The notes below the pieces were generated by a model. That model was given only the letters and a program-made list of their open reading frames with translations, was not told the origin of the DNA and did no database searches. The position numbers were made by a program, and so were the translations under genes. Positions 19,323 through 28,287 of a stretch of DNA of 64,000 nucleotides are shown here, piece after piece. Within the stretch, counting starts at the first letter, position 1; each line of letters starts with the position of its first letter. The stretch is from Vulcanimicrobiota bacterium (GTDB lineage Bacteria; Vulcanimicrobiota; JAJTBE01): the NCBI GenBank assembly GCA_021107945.1, contig JAIORV010000023.1, positions 56,885 to 120,884 on the forward strand. The letters are read 5' to 3'.

Positions 19323-20885
19323 GTGGCAGGCGTCAGTCGAAAGGATGTTTTTAAAGAAGTGTTTGGAACAACCGGAGGTATGGGCGCTGCGGGAGTAGGA
19401 TCCGTCGGATCAGTCGGGTCTGTAGGCGCAGGCGCACGTACACCGGGACAGATGCCCACCACGCAATCTACACAGGTAGCAAAAGGCGGACCCCAGCCAC
19501 AGACGGCGACAATGGGAAAAGGGGCGCAACAAACCCGGATGGGCGGGGGAATGCCACAGTCTCAAACCGCTCAGATGGGGAGAACCGCACCGCAGCCTTT
19601 CTTCAGGGCGACTGTCCCAAAGGGCTTCTCGATGTCTCCGGGGCAGACCATGTGGGGCTCCGTGGCAGGTCGAAAAGGAGGAATGTATTTTCTCCAATTC
19701 GGCAAATTCACACTCACTGCAAGAACCAGTCTCCCGCTTTCACGGGGACAGCAAATACAGGTAGCTTTCCAGGGTATGAAGGGCGGGCAGGTCGGGCTCC
19801 AGTTGTTGACGAGCATGTCTTTCACTCGCATGAGCGAAGCTGACCTGGCGACAACTCTCACGCAATTCAACATACCTGCAAATGAAGCAAATGTCCAAAC
19901 CGCAAAAGGAATGGTGGAATTTGGTATACCACTTACCTCTCAGAATTTCGGAGAGGTATCAAGGGCGCTTGCACATCTTCCAAGACCAGCGACGCTTACC
20001 GACATGGCGGCATGCAGCTTTCTCAAATCATGTAATATTCCGCTGACCTCCAGCAATGTGATGGTAATGTCCAACTTCATAGCTCAGAACCCGATGCTGG
20101 GCGCTCAACTTTTTGAGCTTCAATATATATTCGACAAGGATATGAAAAAAAGCAGAAAAAATGATAGCGAAGCGCTTGAATCAATCGACGAATTACCGGG
20201 GCTTCTCGGAAAATACATCACCGATCCCAGTAAGCAAAACCGGCAAAAGCTCGGCAGGAATCTCAAGAACCTTGCGAGGGAATCCGGCATAGAACGAACC
20301 GAATACAGGGGAGGACTCAGGGAAACCGATGACGAGTGGCAACTTGCGAAATTGATGAGAGAGACATATAGTAACGCGGGAATCGATTCGAGTGCGGAAG
20401 GCGGGATTTTAACAAAAGCTGTCGAAATAATGAGAGCGGTGGAACAAAACCTGCAGGCGCACCAGATCATCAACAACGGGAAACCTGCAAGCGATATGGC
20501 GTTCTACTACATGCAAATACCCCTGATGCTCGGTGACGAGACCGTAACTGCAGAGGTACGAATGAAATATTATGACGAGGAGGGGCAACGGGTGATAGAT
20601 CCCGAGAATACAAGGATCGAATTCGATGTCACAACCGAAAAACTCGGAGATCTTCACTTTGCATTGAATGTACGCTGTGGAATTATCCACCTTGATGTTG
20701 ATACATATTTCGAGGAAGTAAACGAATTTGTAAAGCGTTTTATACCCACACTCCAGGAAAACCTCGGAAAAATCGGATATACTATAGGGAGATTTCACTC
20801 CGGCACAACCGATTACAATGAAAGGCCTTCCCTGGTAAATAGGGAAGAATTCGAAACGCTGGAAAGGGTCAATGTCCAGGCTTAA
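19323..20885 (+). CDS. fliK: Flagellar hook-length control protein FliK-like
   Basis: GTG start. Q/G/M/P-rich N-terminal half. The C-terminal segment (PLMLGDETVTAEVRM...LGDLHFALNV...LQENLGKIGY) resembles the Flg_hook domain. Sits in a flagellar gene context. Confidence 0.5.
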   Translation: MAGVSRKDVFKEVFGTTGGMGAAGVGSVGSVGSVGAGARTPGQMPTTQSTQVAKGGPQPQTATMGKGAQQTRMGGGMPQSQTAQMGRTAPQPFFRATVPKGFSMSPGQTMWGSVAGRKGGMYFLQFGKFTLTARTSLPLSRGQQIQVAFQGMKGGQVGLQLLTSMSFTRMSEADLATTLTQFNIPANEANVQTAKGMVEFGIPLTSQNFGEVSRALAHLPRPATLTDMAACSFLKSCNIPLTSSNVMVMSNFIAQNPMLGAQLFELQYIFDKDMKKSRKNDSEALESIDELPGLLGKYITDPSKQNRQKLGRNLKNLARESGIERTEYRGGLRETDDEWQLAKLMRETYSNAGIDSSAEGGILTKAVEIMRAVEQNLQAHQIINNGKPASDMAFYYMQIPLMLGDETVTAEVRMKYYDEEGQRVIDPENTRIEFDVTTEKLGDLHFALNVRCGIIHLDVDTYFEEVNEFVKRFIPTLQENLGKIGYTIGRFHSGTTDYNERPSLVNREEFETLERVNVQA

Positions 20886-21360
20886 CGACAACTCTCCAGA
20901 AGAGAAATATTCCCGGCAAGAAGTCGGAGATGCCGACCGACTGTGGGAACATTTCGAGGATGAGGAAGATTGGCCCAAAGAAGAAAAATTAAAGGACAAG
21001 TATGCATTCGGTCTGAGTCAGGATGAAGAAACAGGACTGCCCAGGGTCACCGCAATGGGAAGAGGACTAATCGCAAAGCGGATAGTGGAAAAAGCCGGGG
21101 AAGCAGGCAAGCGGGTTGAAAAAGATCCCGATATGGCACAAAGGCTTTTCAGACCGACAGATGACAGGGTTGTGCCCGCCAGAGTCTATGGCATAATAGC
21201 GGAGATACTCACTTTCGTCTATCAGTTGAATGAACAGTACGATGCGAAGAAAATACCGGAGGAATTCATCGAAAGTGAAGAAACAGGGGAAGAAGAATTT
21301 ACGGAAGAACGGCTCGATGATGAATATGTCGAAGTTGACAAAATCGAGAATTTAGAATAA
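20872..21360 (+). CDS. FlhB C-terminal-domain-like (EscU/YscU/HrcU family) small protein
   Basis: GLPRVTAMGRGLIAKRIVEKAGEAGKRVEKDPDMAQRLF...VPARVYGIIAEILTFVY matches the FlhB cytoplasmic domain pattern. Overlaps the fliK-like 3' end by 14 nt. Confidence 0.65.
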   Translation: MSRLNDNSPEEKYSRQEVGDADRLWEHFEDEEDWPKEEKLKDKYAFGLSQDEETGLPRVTAMGRGLIAKRIVEKAGEAGKRVEKDPDMAQRLFRPTDDRVVPARVYGIIAEILTFVYQLNEQYDAKKIPEEFIESEETGEEEFTEERLDDEYVEVDKIENLE

Positions 21361-21395
21361 ATGATATTGGATAAGTTTAATGGAGGTGTAATAAT

Positions 21396-22181
21396 ATGTT
21401 AGAAGGAATGCGAATGGCAAACGAGGGTATGATCGCAATGCAACAGCAACAGGCAGTCATTACAAACAATCTTGCTAATGTGGGAACCGCAGGCTATCGC
21501 AAGGAAGTGATGGACGTTGAATCATTCTCCTCTGTAATGAACAGGCAAATGAAGCGCATGGGAAAAGTTAATCTTCCAGGTAAATCGGCAAATGGATTCT
21601 TGCAGGCATCCGGTGGAATGGACGTGAAAGGAATGCTCTATACTTCCACCCGAACCAGCTATTCCCAGGGATCTTTGAAAATGACCAACAATAAGTTTGA
21701 TCTTGCCCTGGACGACAACGGAAGGGGATTCTTCACAATCCGGACAAAAGACGGGATCCAATTTACACGCAACGGGTCATTCAGACTCAGCACCGACGGA
21801 CACTTGGTAGCGTCCGATGGATCCAAGTTGATGGGACAAAAAGGACCTATCAAGATTAGCGGAACCGATTTCGAAGTAACAAATAACGGCATCGTCAAGG
21901 TCGGTGACAAAGAAGTTGATCGTCTCCTCATCACCGAATTCCCCGACAAATCAAACGTATCAAAATATGGGGAAGGCAATTTCCAGGCAACGGACGGCTT
22001 CAAGATCTCGAACAATTTCCAGGTAAAACAGGGATACCTTGAAATGGCAAACGTCAACGCAGTTAAAGAAATGGTAGATATGATGAGAACAATGCGAGCG
22101 TTTGAGGCGAACCAGAAAGTACTGCAAGCTGAGGATCAAGCTCTAAGGAAGTCCGTTAACGAGGTCGGAAAAACAGGATAA
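21396..22181 (+). CDS. flgF: Flagellar basal-body rod protein FlgF
   Basis: N-terminal NNLANVGTAGYRKE and C-terminal GYLEMANVN..EMVDMMRTMRAFEANQKV rod-protein motifs. Confidence 0.8.
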   Translation: MLEGMRMANEGMIAMQQQQAVITNNLANVGTAGYRKEVMDVESFSSVMNRQMKRMGKVNLPGKSANGFLQASGGMDVKGMLYTSTRTSYSQGSLKMTNNKFDLALDDNGRGFFTIRTKDGIQFTRNGSFRLSTDGHLVASDGSKLMGQKGPIKISGTDFEVTNNGIVKVGDKEVDRLLITEFPDKSNVSKYGEGNFQATDGFKISNNFQVKQGYLEMANVNAVKEMVDMMRTMRAFEANQKVLQAEDQALRKSVNEVGKTG

Positions 22182-22279
22182 TTAAATGCTCAGAAATAAT
22201 TATCCGGTAAAATAACTTCAAATATGTGCAAACATTTAAATAATTAATAAACTGTCATTAAAAAGGAGGGCGATTCGCC

Positions 22280-23044
22280 ATGATGCGAGGACTTTATACA
22301 GCCGCCACGGGAATGACGGCACAGCAGGTGAACATTAGCAATATCAGCAATAACCTTGCAAACGTCCAGACAACGGCATTCAAACAGTCAAGGGTAGATT
22401 TTCAGGATCTGTTGTATGCCCACTCCCAGGATCCAAACACCGGCGCAACTGCCGGAACACAGGTGGGTATGGGAACCAGGGCGGCTTCCACTCAGGCGAT
22501 ACATACCCAGGGCAGTATTGCCAACACAGGTGTCAAATCAGACGTGGCAATTCAAGGAAAAGGCTTCTTCAAAGTCACACTTCCCAGCGGCGAAGTTGCC
22601 TTCACCCGTGACGGGGCATTCAGACTCGATGGTGAAGGAAACCTCACTACACAATCGGGATACAAGACAGGAATTAGAATTCCCAAGGATGCAACCGATT
22701 ATGAAATCAAACCCAACGGTGAAGTCTGGGCGCAGGGCCTGAACGACACTAAACCCAAGAAAATCGGAAGCTTCCAGCTCACACGCTTCCTGAATCCCGC
22801 AGGACTCAAGGCGATAGGTGGCAATATGTATAAAACCACGAATATCGCCGGCGCAACAGCCACAGGCATACCCGGGAAAAACGGACTCGGCGTCCTGGCA
22901 CAGGGACACCTGGAGAAATCCAATGTCAACGTGGTTGTCGAGATGATGAACATCGTACAGGCGCAAAGAGCCTACGAGATGGCACAGAAGGGCGTACAGG
23001 CCGCTGATGAAATGACCCGTATGGCCAACCAGCTTTACAAGTGA
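22280..23044 (+). CDS. flgG: Flagellar distal rod protein FlgG
   Basis: MMRGLYTAATGMTAQQ..NNLANVQTTAFK at the N-terminus and LEKSNVNVVVEMMNIVQAQRAYEM at the C-terminus. Confidence 0.85.
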   Translation: MMRGLYTAATGMTAQQVNISNISNNLANVQTTAFKQSRVDFQDLLYAHSQDPNTGATAGTQVGMGTRAASTQAIHTQGSIANTGVKSDVAIQGKGFFKVTLPSGEVAFTRDGAFRLDGEGNLTTQSGYKTGIRIPKDATDYEIKPNGEVWAQGLNDTKPKKIGSFQLTRFLNPAGLKAIGGNMYKTTNIAGATATGIPGKNGLGVLAQGHLEKSNVNVVVEMMNIVQAQRAYEMAQKGVQAADEMTRMANQLYK

Positions 23045-23047
23045 TAA

Positions 23048-23160
23048 TGGATAACGGAAGCCGGAAGACGGAGGACGGAGGTCAGACGTCAGGATTGTAG
23101 GAGGGACGTCTCGTCCCGATAACTTCCATTTTCCATCTTCCAATTTCCAATTTCCATATT
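23048..23160. repeat. Composite repeat filling the whole flgG-flgJ spacer: purine array, then TGTAGGAGGGACGTCTCGTCCCGATAA, then TTCCA(A/T)TT pyrimidine array
   Basis: GGATAACGGAAGCCGGAAGACGGAGGACGGAGG ... CTTCCATTTTCCATCTTCCAATTTCCAATTTCC. It sits inside an operon, and the flgJ SD follows directly. Confidence 0.8.
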
Positions 23161-23175
23161 AGGAGGTGCAGCTTA

Positions 23176-23475
23176 ATGAAAATAGAGGGAATAACACCGG
23201 GACCCATGAAGAAGAATGTAGAGCATCTTCCCTCTTCTGTTCGTGACGATCAGAAATTGAAAGATTCCTGCAAGCAGTTTGAGTCGCTTTTTCTTAACCA
23301 GTTGCTTACATCAATGAGGAAGACCATTCCCAAATCAGACCTCATGGGCAAGAACAACAATGAAAAAGAAATGTATGACAGCATGATGGATCAACAGCTT
23401 TCACAGGCATGGGCAAGCTCCGACGGTATCGGACTTGCAAATGTGCTCTATCAGCAGTTGAAACACGGAAAATAA
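23176..23475 (+). CDS. flgJ: Rod-binding protein (FlgJ N-terminal domain only)
   Basis: CKQFESLFLNQLLTSMRKT and the SDGIGLANVLYQQL pattern of the Rod_binding domain. AGGAGG upstream. No muramidase domain. Confidence 0.65.
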   Translation: MKIEGITPGPMKKNVEHLPSSVRDDQKLKDSCKQFESLFLNQLLTSMRKTIPKSDLMGKNNNEKEMYDSMMDQQLSQAWASSDGIGLANVLYQQLKHGK

Positions 23476-23602
23476 GCAGGATTAAGCTCAGGCTTATATT
23501 TTAATCATTGAGAAGGTATTTGTATTTGATCCCTTTCAATGTTTGACTTGATGTTGATCTTATTAGTATATTTTTAAATAAAGAATCTTTTAGCTTAAAC
23601 AA

Positions 23603-23631
23603 GAAAGGCGTTTCATCCGCCTTTTTTTTTA
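23603..23631 (+). terminator. Rho-independent terminator of the flagellar block
   Basis: AAAGGCG-TTTCATC-CGCCTTT followed by a 9-T run. Confidence 0.7.
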
Positions 23632-23851
23632 TTTTTCTTTACCTACTTGCAAATTAATTGTCTGTGTATTATACTATGGCGAAACAATTTTTCAGGCATG
23701 GAGTTGTTATTTTTTTAGGACAACCTGTTTGCAATAAGTCCTGTCAATCATAACGTCAACCTCTCCCCCGCTTGCGAGGGAATTGAGTTGGGCAAATTCA
23801 GACAACACTTCCTGAAAATAACCTGAGCTGTATTCACAAAATAATGTATTG

Positions 23852-23950
23852 TTATTTGGGCGGCGGGACGCCACCCCTACCATTATAACAATGCTGGTAG
23901 CTGCGGCGTTTCGCTGCAGTTCAAAAAGGATAATACTTATTAGAAACAGC
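23852..23950 (-). repeat. Copy C of the roughly 100-nt element
   Basis: Near-identical to copy B. Carries TGTTATAAT on the minus strand (23882-23890). Confidence 0.8.
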
Positions 23951-24270
23951 ATATTATGGGGAATAAATTCTTTACGGGACAATATCATGTAATTGTAATG
24001 CTATTTAAGGTAGAAAAATTGCATTCCTGATTGTCCCAATATAAATGAAATCAGAAGGATAATAAAATGTCTCGTCGAAAATCGCAGACATGATCCGGGA
24101 AGAGGATCCTTATTTTCTTATTTGGAAAAAATGTATTCAAATGTAAGATTGATTAACCGAAAAATAAGATACTTTCCTGTTTCATTAAGATATAATTTTT
24201 AAAAAATCAGTATTAAAATGCTGCTTGAATAGAACAAAAAAAACAACTGTAAATACCGGAGGACGTTAAT

Positions 24271-27144
24271 ATGAGAAGATACATTGTCGCAATAATTACG
24301 CTAATTTTCCTCGTCAATGCTTTATCGCCATTTGCTTTTGCTCTTGGACAAAAGGCACGAACGGAAAAAATGGATATTTCAAGTCTTGATAAAACTTCCG
24401 ATGTTTCCGATTCCGTAGGAAAAACGACAGTATCTCAGAATGATTCAGACATAGAGAATGATAAGGATGACTCAGACTCCCAAAAGAAGAAAAGCTTCTT
24501 CGATGAGGAGAAGAAAAGAATTGAAGACCGGAAGAAAAAGAAAAACGGCAATGATGAAAATGAAGCTCCGGTTGTAAAAGAAAAGACCGAGCCCAAAGAG
24601 AAGGAAAAGAAATCGGAAGATAAACCCGAAACAGAAAAAAAGGAAGTGCCGGTAAAAAAATCCGATAGCGTTTCTGATAAGAACGAAGATGAAAAGGCGA
24701 GTTCATCAAAAGAGAATAAGCCTGATGATAATAAAAGTGAAGCTAAAAAAGAAGAAAAGCCTGTAGAAAAAGAGCAGGTCAAGAGTGTTAAAAGCGAAAA
24801 ACAGGAGGCGGAAAAAAAGGATAAACCCGCCGAGAAACCCATAAAAGTCGAAGAGAAACCAGAAGAGAAGCCGGCGGTGGTGGAGCCGAGTGACAAGTCG
24901 TCGAAAAAAGTGGAATCAAAAGAGCCTTCTCCTCCGGCTGTGGAGCAACCCAAACCCCCTGCCAAGGAAGAAGAAATTAACAACGAACTTAACCTTGACC
25001 CGGATACTGAACCGAAAGACCCCCGAGAGCCTATTGCCGATACCGGTAAAGCCGGGGACGCAAAAAAAGCAGAGAAATCTGATAAAGAAGATGTAAAAAA
25101 GGACGAAAAAGCTGAGGGGAAGGAAGTCAAGGAAGTCAAGGAAGGCGAAGAAAAGCCCAAAAAAGCTTCTCCCGGTGAAGAAAAACCCGATTTTTTGAAA
25201 AAGCCCCTTCCCGCTGAGAGAGAGAGTTCATACAAAATTACAGCCATCGAGGTCAGAGGTAATGAGCATGTCCCCACTGAGAAGATTTTATCTGTAATCA
25301 GAAGTAAAGTTGGAGACATATTGTTAAAACCCAGGCTTCGCTCCGATGTTCAATCCATATATGAAATGGGATTCTTTAATGATGTCAAGTTGGATACCCC
25401 ATATTATGCCGGCGGCATCAAGCTTGTTTACAGAGTGCAGGAGAATCCCGTAGTCAAAAAGATAACGATTCTTGGCAATAAAATTGTTTCCACCGATAAA
25501 CTCCTCGAGTTGATTCAGACAAAGGTTGGCAGTATTCTGAATATGAGAACTCTAAACGCCGATTTATCGGAGATAAATTATTACTATAACGAGGCTCTGG
25601 GTTATGAACTCAAGCCCACTCACATAAAAAATGTTAACTTCACAAGTAGTGGAGAGCTTGTACTTTCAATCAAGGAAGGCATGGTTGTAAAGCAAGTAGA
25701 TGTAACCGGCAGCACGCTTTTTCCGGAGAAAGAGATGCAAAGCCTGGTAAAGATGAAACCGGGCGAGCTTTTCAATACAAAACAGGTAAAGAAGGACAGC
25801 ACCTCCCTATCTGAGTTTTACAAGGAAGAGGGATATATCCTTGATACAATCCGCCCTCAGGTTAATTATAAGGAAGGTATTGTTTCCTACCAGATTATCG
25901 AAGCTGTGGTGGAGAATATCAGAATCGAGATATCTCCCGCAAAGGGCAGGACAAAACCCAAGACCAAGGAGTATGTTGTAATGCGCAACATCCGCACAAA
26001 GAAGGGTGAAGTTCTTCAACAGGACAAGTTGAAAAAAGATATTGACAGACTGAACAGACGTGGATATTTCTCCCGTGTAAATGTTGACCCGGAGCCCGGC
26101 AGCGAACCTGGTAAGGTAGTGTTGGTTTTCAAGCTCAAGGAGCAAAAGACCGGACTTGCAACAATCGGAGTCGGTTATGCAGGTGGAGGTTCCTCGGCTG
26201 TTCGTTCAGGAATTACAGGCGCTATATCCTTTAGCGACAAGAACCTTGGCGGAACGGGTCAGGGAGCCGGCTTATCCTGGCAGAGGGGTGTTAATATCGA
26301 TAACCTTAGCGCTTCATATTCCAACCCTGCAATAAACAAGAACCAGGATTCATTTTCCCTTTCAGTTTTCAGGCACAATTATCTTGAATTAAAACAGCCT
26401 CTGGATAATGAAATTAATAACACCAAATATGCTTTGTACGATGACAAGAGAATTGGCGGCAGTGCGGTTTATGGAAGGCGAATCACCGACGATCTGCGTC
26501 TTTTCCTGTCATTCAGACGCGAGCAGATTCAGATTTCCAGGAATCCTAATTCCGATTATGAACCTATTGGAATTTCAAAAGGAACTTTGAACGCCGCCGG
26601 TGTCGGCGCATTATATGATACAAGGAACAGCCTGTTCGATCCCACTGAGGGAGCTTATGGAGACCTTGCATTTACCTATGCAGGCGATGTCCTGAGAGGT
26701 TCCTATGATTTTAAGAAGTATCAACTGGAGTTAAGGAAATATTTTCCCATAGGCCGGAAGAAAAAATCCGCTATCGCTCTAAGGGCCTGGGGTGGAATTC
26801 TCAAGGGCGATAGTAACAAGACACCTGTAACCGAGACTTTCTATGTTGGAGGAACTGACACTATTCGAGGTTATGGCCAGAATGAATTTTTCGGCACAAG
26901 AATGATTGTGCTTAATGCAGAGTATCGTTTTCCCATTGCAGGAATCAAATATCTCAAGGGAGCGGTTTTTGCCGACGCCGGCAACGCCTGGTTCCCCGGC
27001 GACGAAAGACAAAGACTATATTCCGATGTAGGCTTGGGCTTGCGCATTGTCTATCCAACACTGGGACTCGGTGTTATAAGGGTTGACTATGCCAGCGGCG
27101 AGAACGGCGGAAGGTTCTCAGTGGGAATCGGACAAACTTTCTGA
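24271..27144 (+). CDS. bamA: Outer membrane protein assembly factor BamA with a roughly 290-aa K/E/P-rich N-terminal extension
   Basis: Signal peptide. Low-complexity region from about 24360 to 25230. POTRA-like units (ITAIEVRGNEHV.., VKKITILGNK.., VKQVDVTGST..). C-terminal beta-barrel ending ..GIGQTF. Confidence 0.9.
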   Translation: MRRYIVAIITLIFLVNALSPFAFALGQKARTEKMDISSLDKTSDVSDSVGKTTVSQNDSDIENDKDDSDSQKKKSFFDEEKKRIEDRKKKKNGNDENEAPVVKEKTEPKEKEKKSEDKPETEKKEVPVKKSDSVSDKNEDEKASSSKENKPDDNKSEAKKEEKPVEKEQVKSVKSEKQEAEKKDKPAEKPIKVEEKPEEKPAVVEPSDKSSKKVESKEPSPPAVEQPKPPAKEEEINNELNLDPDTEPKDPREPIADTGKAGDAKKAEKSDKEDVKKDEKAEGKEVKEVKEGEEKPKKASPGEEKPDFLKKPLPAERESSYKITAIEVRGNEHVPTEKILSVIRSKVGDILLKPRLRSDVQSIYEMGFFNDVKLDTPYYAGGIKLVYRVQENPVVKKITILGNKIVSTDKLLELIQTKVGSILNMRTLNADLSEINYYYNEALGYELKPTHIKNVNFTSSGELVLSIKEGMVVKQVDVTGSTLFPEKEMQSLVKMKPGELFNTKQVKKDSTSLSEFYKEEGYILDTIRPQVNYKEGIVSYQIIEAVVENIRIEISPAKGRTKPKTKEYVVMRNIRTKKGEVLQQDKLKKDIDRLNRRGYFSRVNVDPEPGSEPGKVVLVFKLKEQKTGLATIGVGYAGGGSSAVRSGITGAISFSDKNLGGTGQGAGLSWQRGVNIDNLSASYSNPAINKNQDSFSLSVFRHNYLELKQPLDNEINNTKYALYDDKRIGGSAVYGRRITDDLRLFLSFRREQIQISRNPNSDYEPIGISKGTLNAAGVGALYDTRNSLFDPTEGAYGDLAFTYAGDVLRGSYDFKKYQLELRKYFPIGRKKKSAIALRAWGGILKGDSNKTPVTETFYVGGTDTIRGYGQNEFFGTRMIVLNAEYRFPIAGIKYLKGAVFADAGNAWFPGDERQRLYSDVGLGLRIVYPTLGLGVIRVDYASGENGGRFSVGIGQTF

Positions 27145-27300
27145 GTTGAAAATTGGAAATCAAGTCAAAAGTATTGGCGAAGAGAGGGAAATGATTTCAG
27201 TTTAATATAAATCAACTCCTTCTTTTTCAACTTCCAGATACGAATTGCAAATATTCTAATCTCTAATTTCCAACTTATAAATTGGGAGGTATATTGAAAA

Positions 27301-28203
27301 GTGACTGAGGAAAAAACAGGAAATAAAAAAATAATTTTTATAATATTAGCGGTTGTAATAATATTAGGTTTGATCTGCGCCGGGTTTTTCTTCTTGAGAA
27401 AATCTGAAGAAAAGACAACGGAGCAGCCAAAAGTGGGGTTCCTGGATCAGGATAAAATATTCAAACTTGAGGCATTTGTAAATGCTGACAAGAAACTGAA
27501 ACAGGTTGTAAAAGATAAGGAAACAAAATTCAAGAAAACGGTTGAAAGCCTCGACAAGAACAACCCGAAGGATCAGGAGAAACTCCGGGAATTGTACTTC
27601 ACATTCCAACAACAATTAAACAAGGAAAGAAGCAGACTCAGACTTCCCCTTTACAAGAATGTGGAAGCCTCCGTCGCCCAGATAGCACTGAAAAGAAATA
27701 TGAATGTGGTTCTGGATAAGAATATTGTAGTTTGTGGAGGCGCGGATGTAACTGATGAAGTTATCGAAATCATGAAATCCAAAGATAAAATCGAGTTTCC
27801 TCCTGAAAAAGATATCGACGCCTCAATCGCACGATCAAAGGTTGGATATTTCGATCAGATGGTTATTGCAAAATTGCCCGATTTCAGGAAGGCACAGAAT
27901 GAATTGGATAGATATCAGCAGGAGCTAATTAAGAAATATAATAAAGTTGCGGAAAAAAAGAAATTAACCCCTGAACAGCAAGAACAGCTTAAAGCCAGTT
28001 TTTTTGAACAAGTTGAAAAATACAGGGCCGATTTATATGCCCCGATATATCGAAAAGTAAACAGGATAGTCAAGGACGTCGCATTGGAAAAGAACCTGAA
28101 CCTGGTGGTTAACAAGGAAAACGTAATGTATGGCGGCGTTAATATGACCGACGAAGTTGCCGACAAAATGGTAGGCAAGAAAAAAGAAGAGGAAAAAAAG
28201 TAA
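27301..28203 (+). CDS. skp: Tandem double OmpH/Skp-like chaperone
   Basis: Two Skp modules (VGFLDQDKIFK...NVVLDKNIVVCGGADVTDEV and VGYFDQMVIAK...NLVVNKENVMYGGVNMTDEV). GTG start after GGGAGG. N-terminal TM segment. Confidence 0.65.
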   Translation: MTEEKTGNKKIIFIILAVVIILGLICAGFFFLRKSEEKTTEQPKVGFLDQDKIFKLEAFVNADKKLKQVVKDKETKFKKTVESLDKNNPKDQEKLRELYFTFQQQLNKERSRLRLPLYKNVEASVAQIALKRNMNVVLDKNIVVCGGADVTDEVIEIMKSKDKIEFPPEKDIDASIARSKVGYFDQMVIAKLPDFRKAQNELDRYQQELIKKYNKVAEKKKLTPEQQEQLKASFFEQVEKYRADLYAPIYRKVNRIVKDVALEKNLNLVVNKENVMYGGVNMTDEVADKMVGKKKEEEKK

Positions 28204-28287
28204 AACAGGAGTATCCCTGTTAAATTGTGGATTCACTGACTTTTGTTTGTTTTCCGCCTGCTTTTATCCGTCACGGAGTTGTTTTTT

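Noticed and set aside
20409-23143. Long antisense ORFs within the fliK-like, flgF and flgG genes (20409..20999, 21659..22057, 22538..23143)
   Set aside because: They overlap confidently identified flagellar genes on the opposite strand, lack SDs, and one ends in heptamer-repeat translation (MEDGKWK..).
24435-25319. 294-aa antisense ORF (S/F/L-rich) inside bamA
   Set aside because: It is the mirror image of the purine-rich, K/E-coding low-complexity tract of bamA. It has no SD and its composition is an artefact of strand skew.
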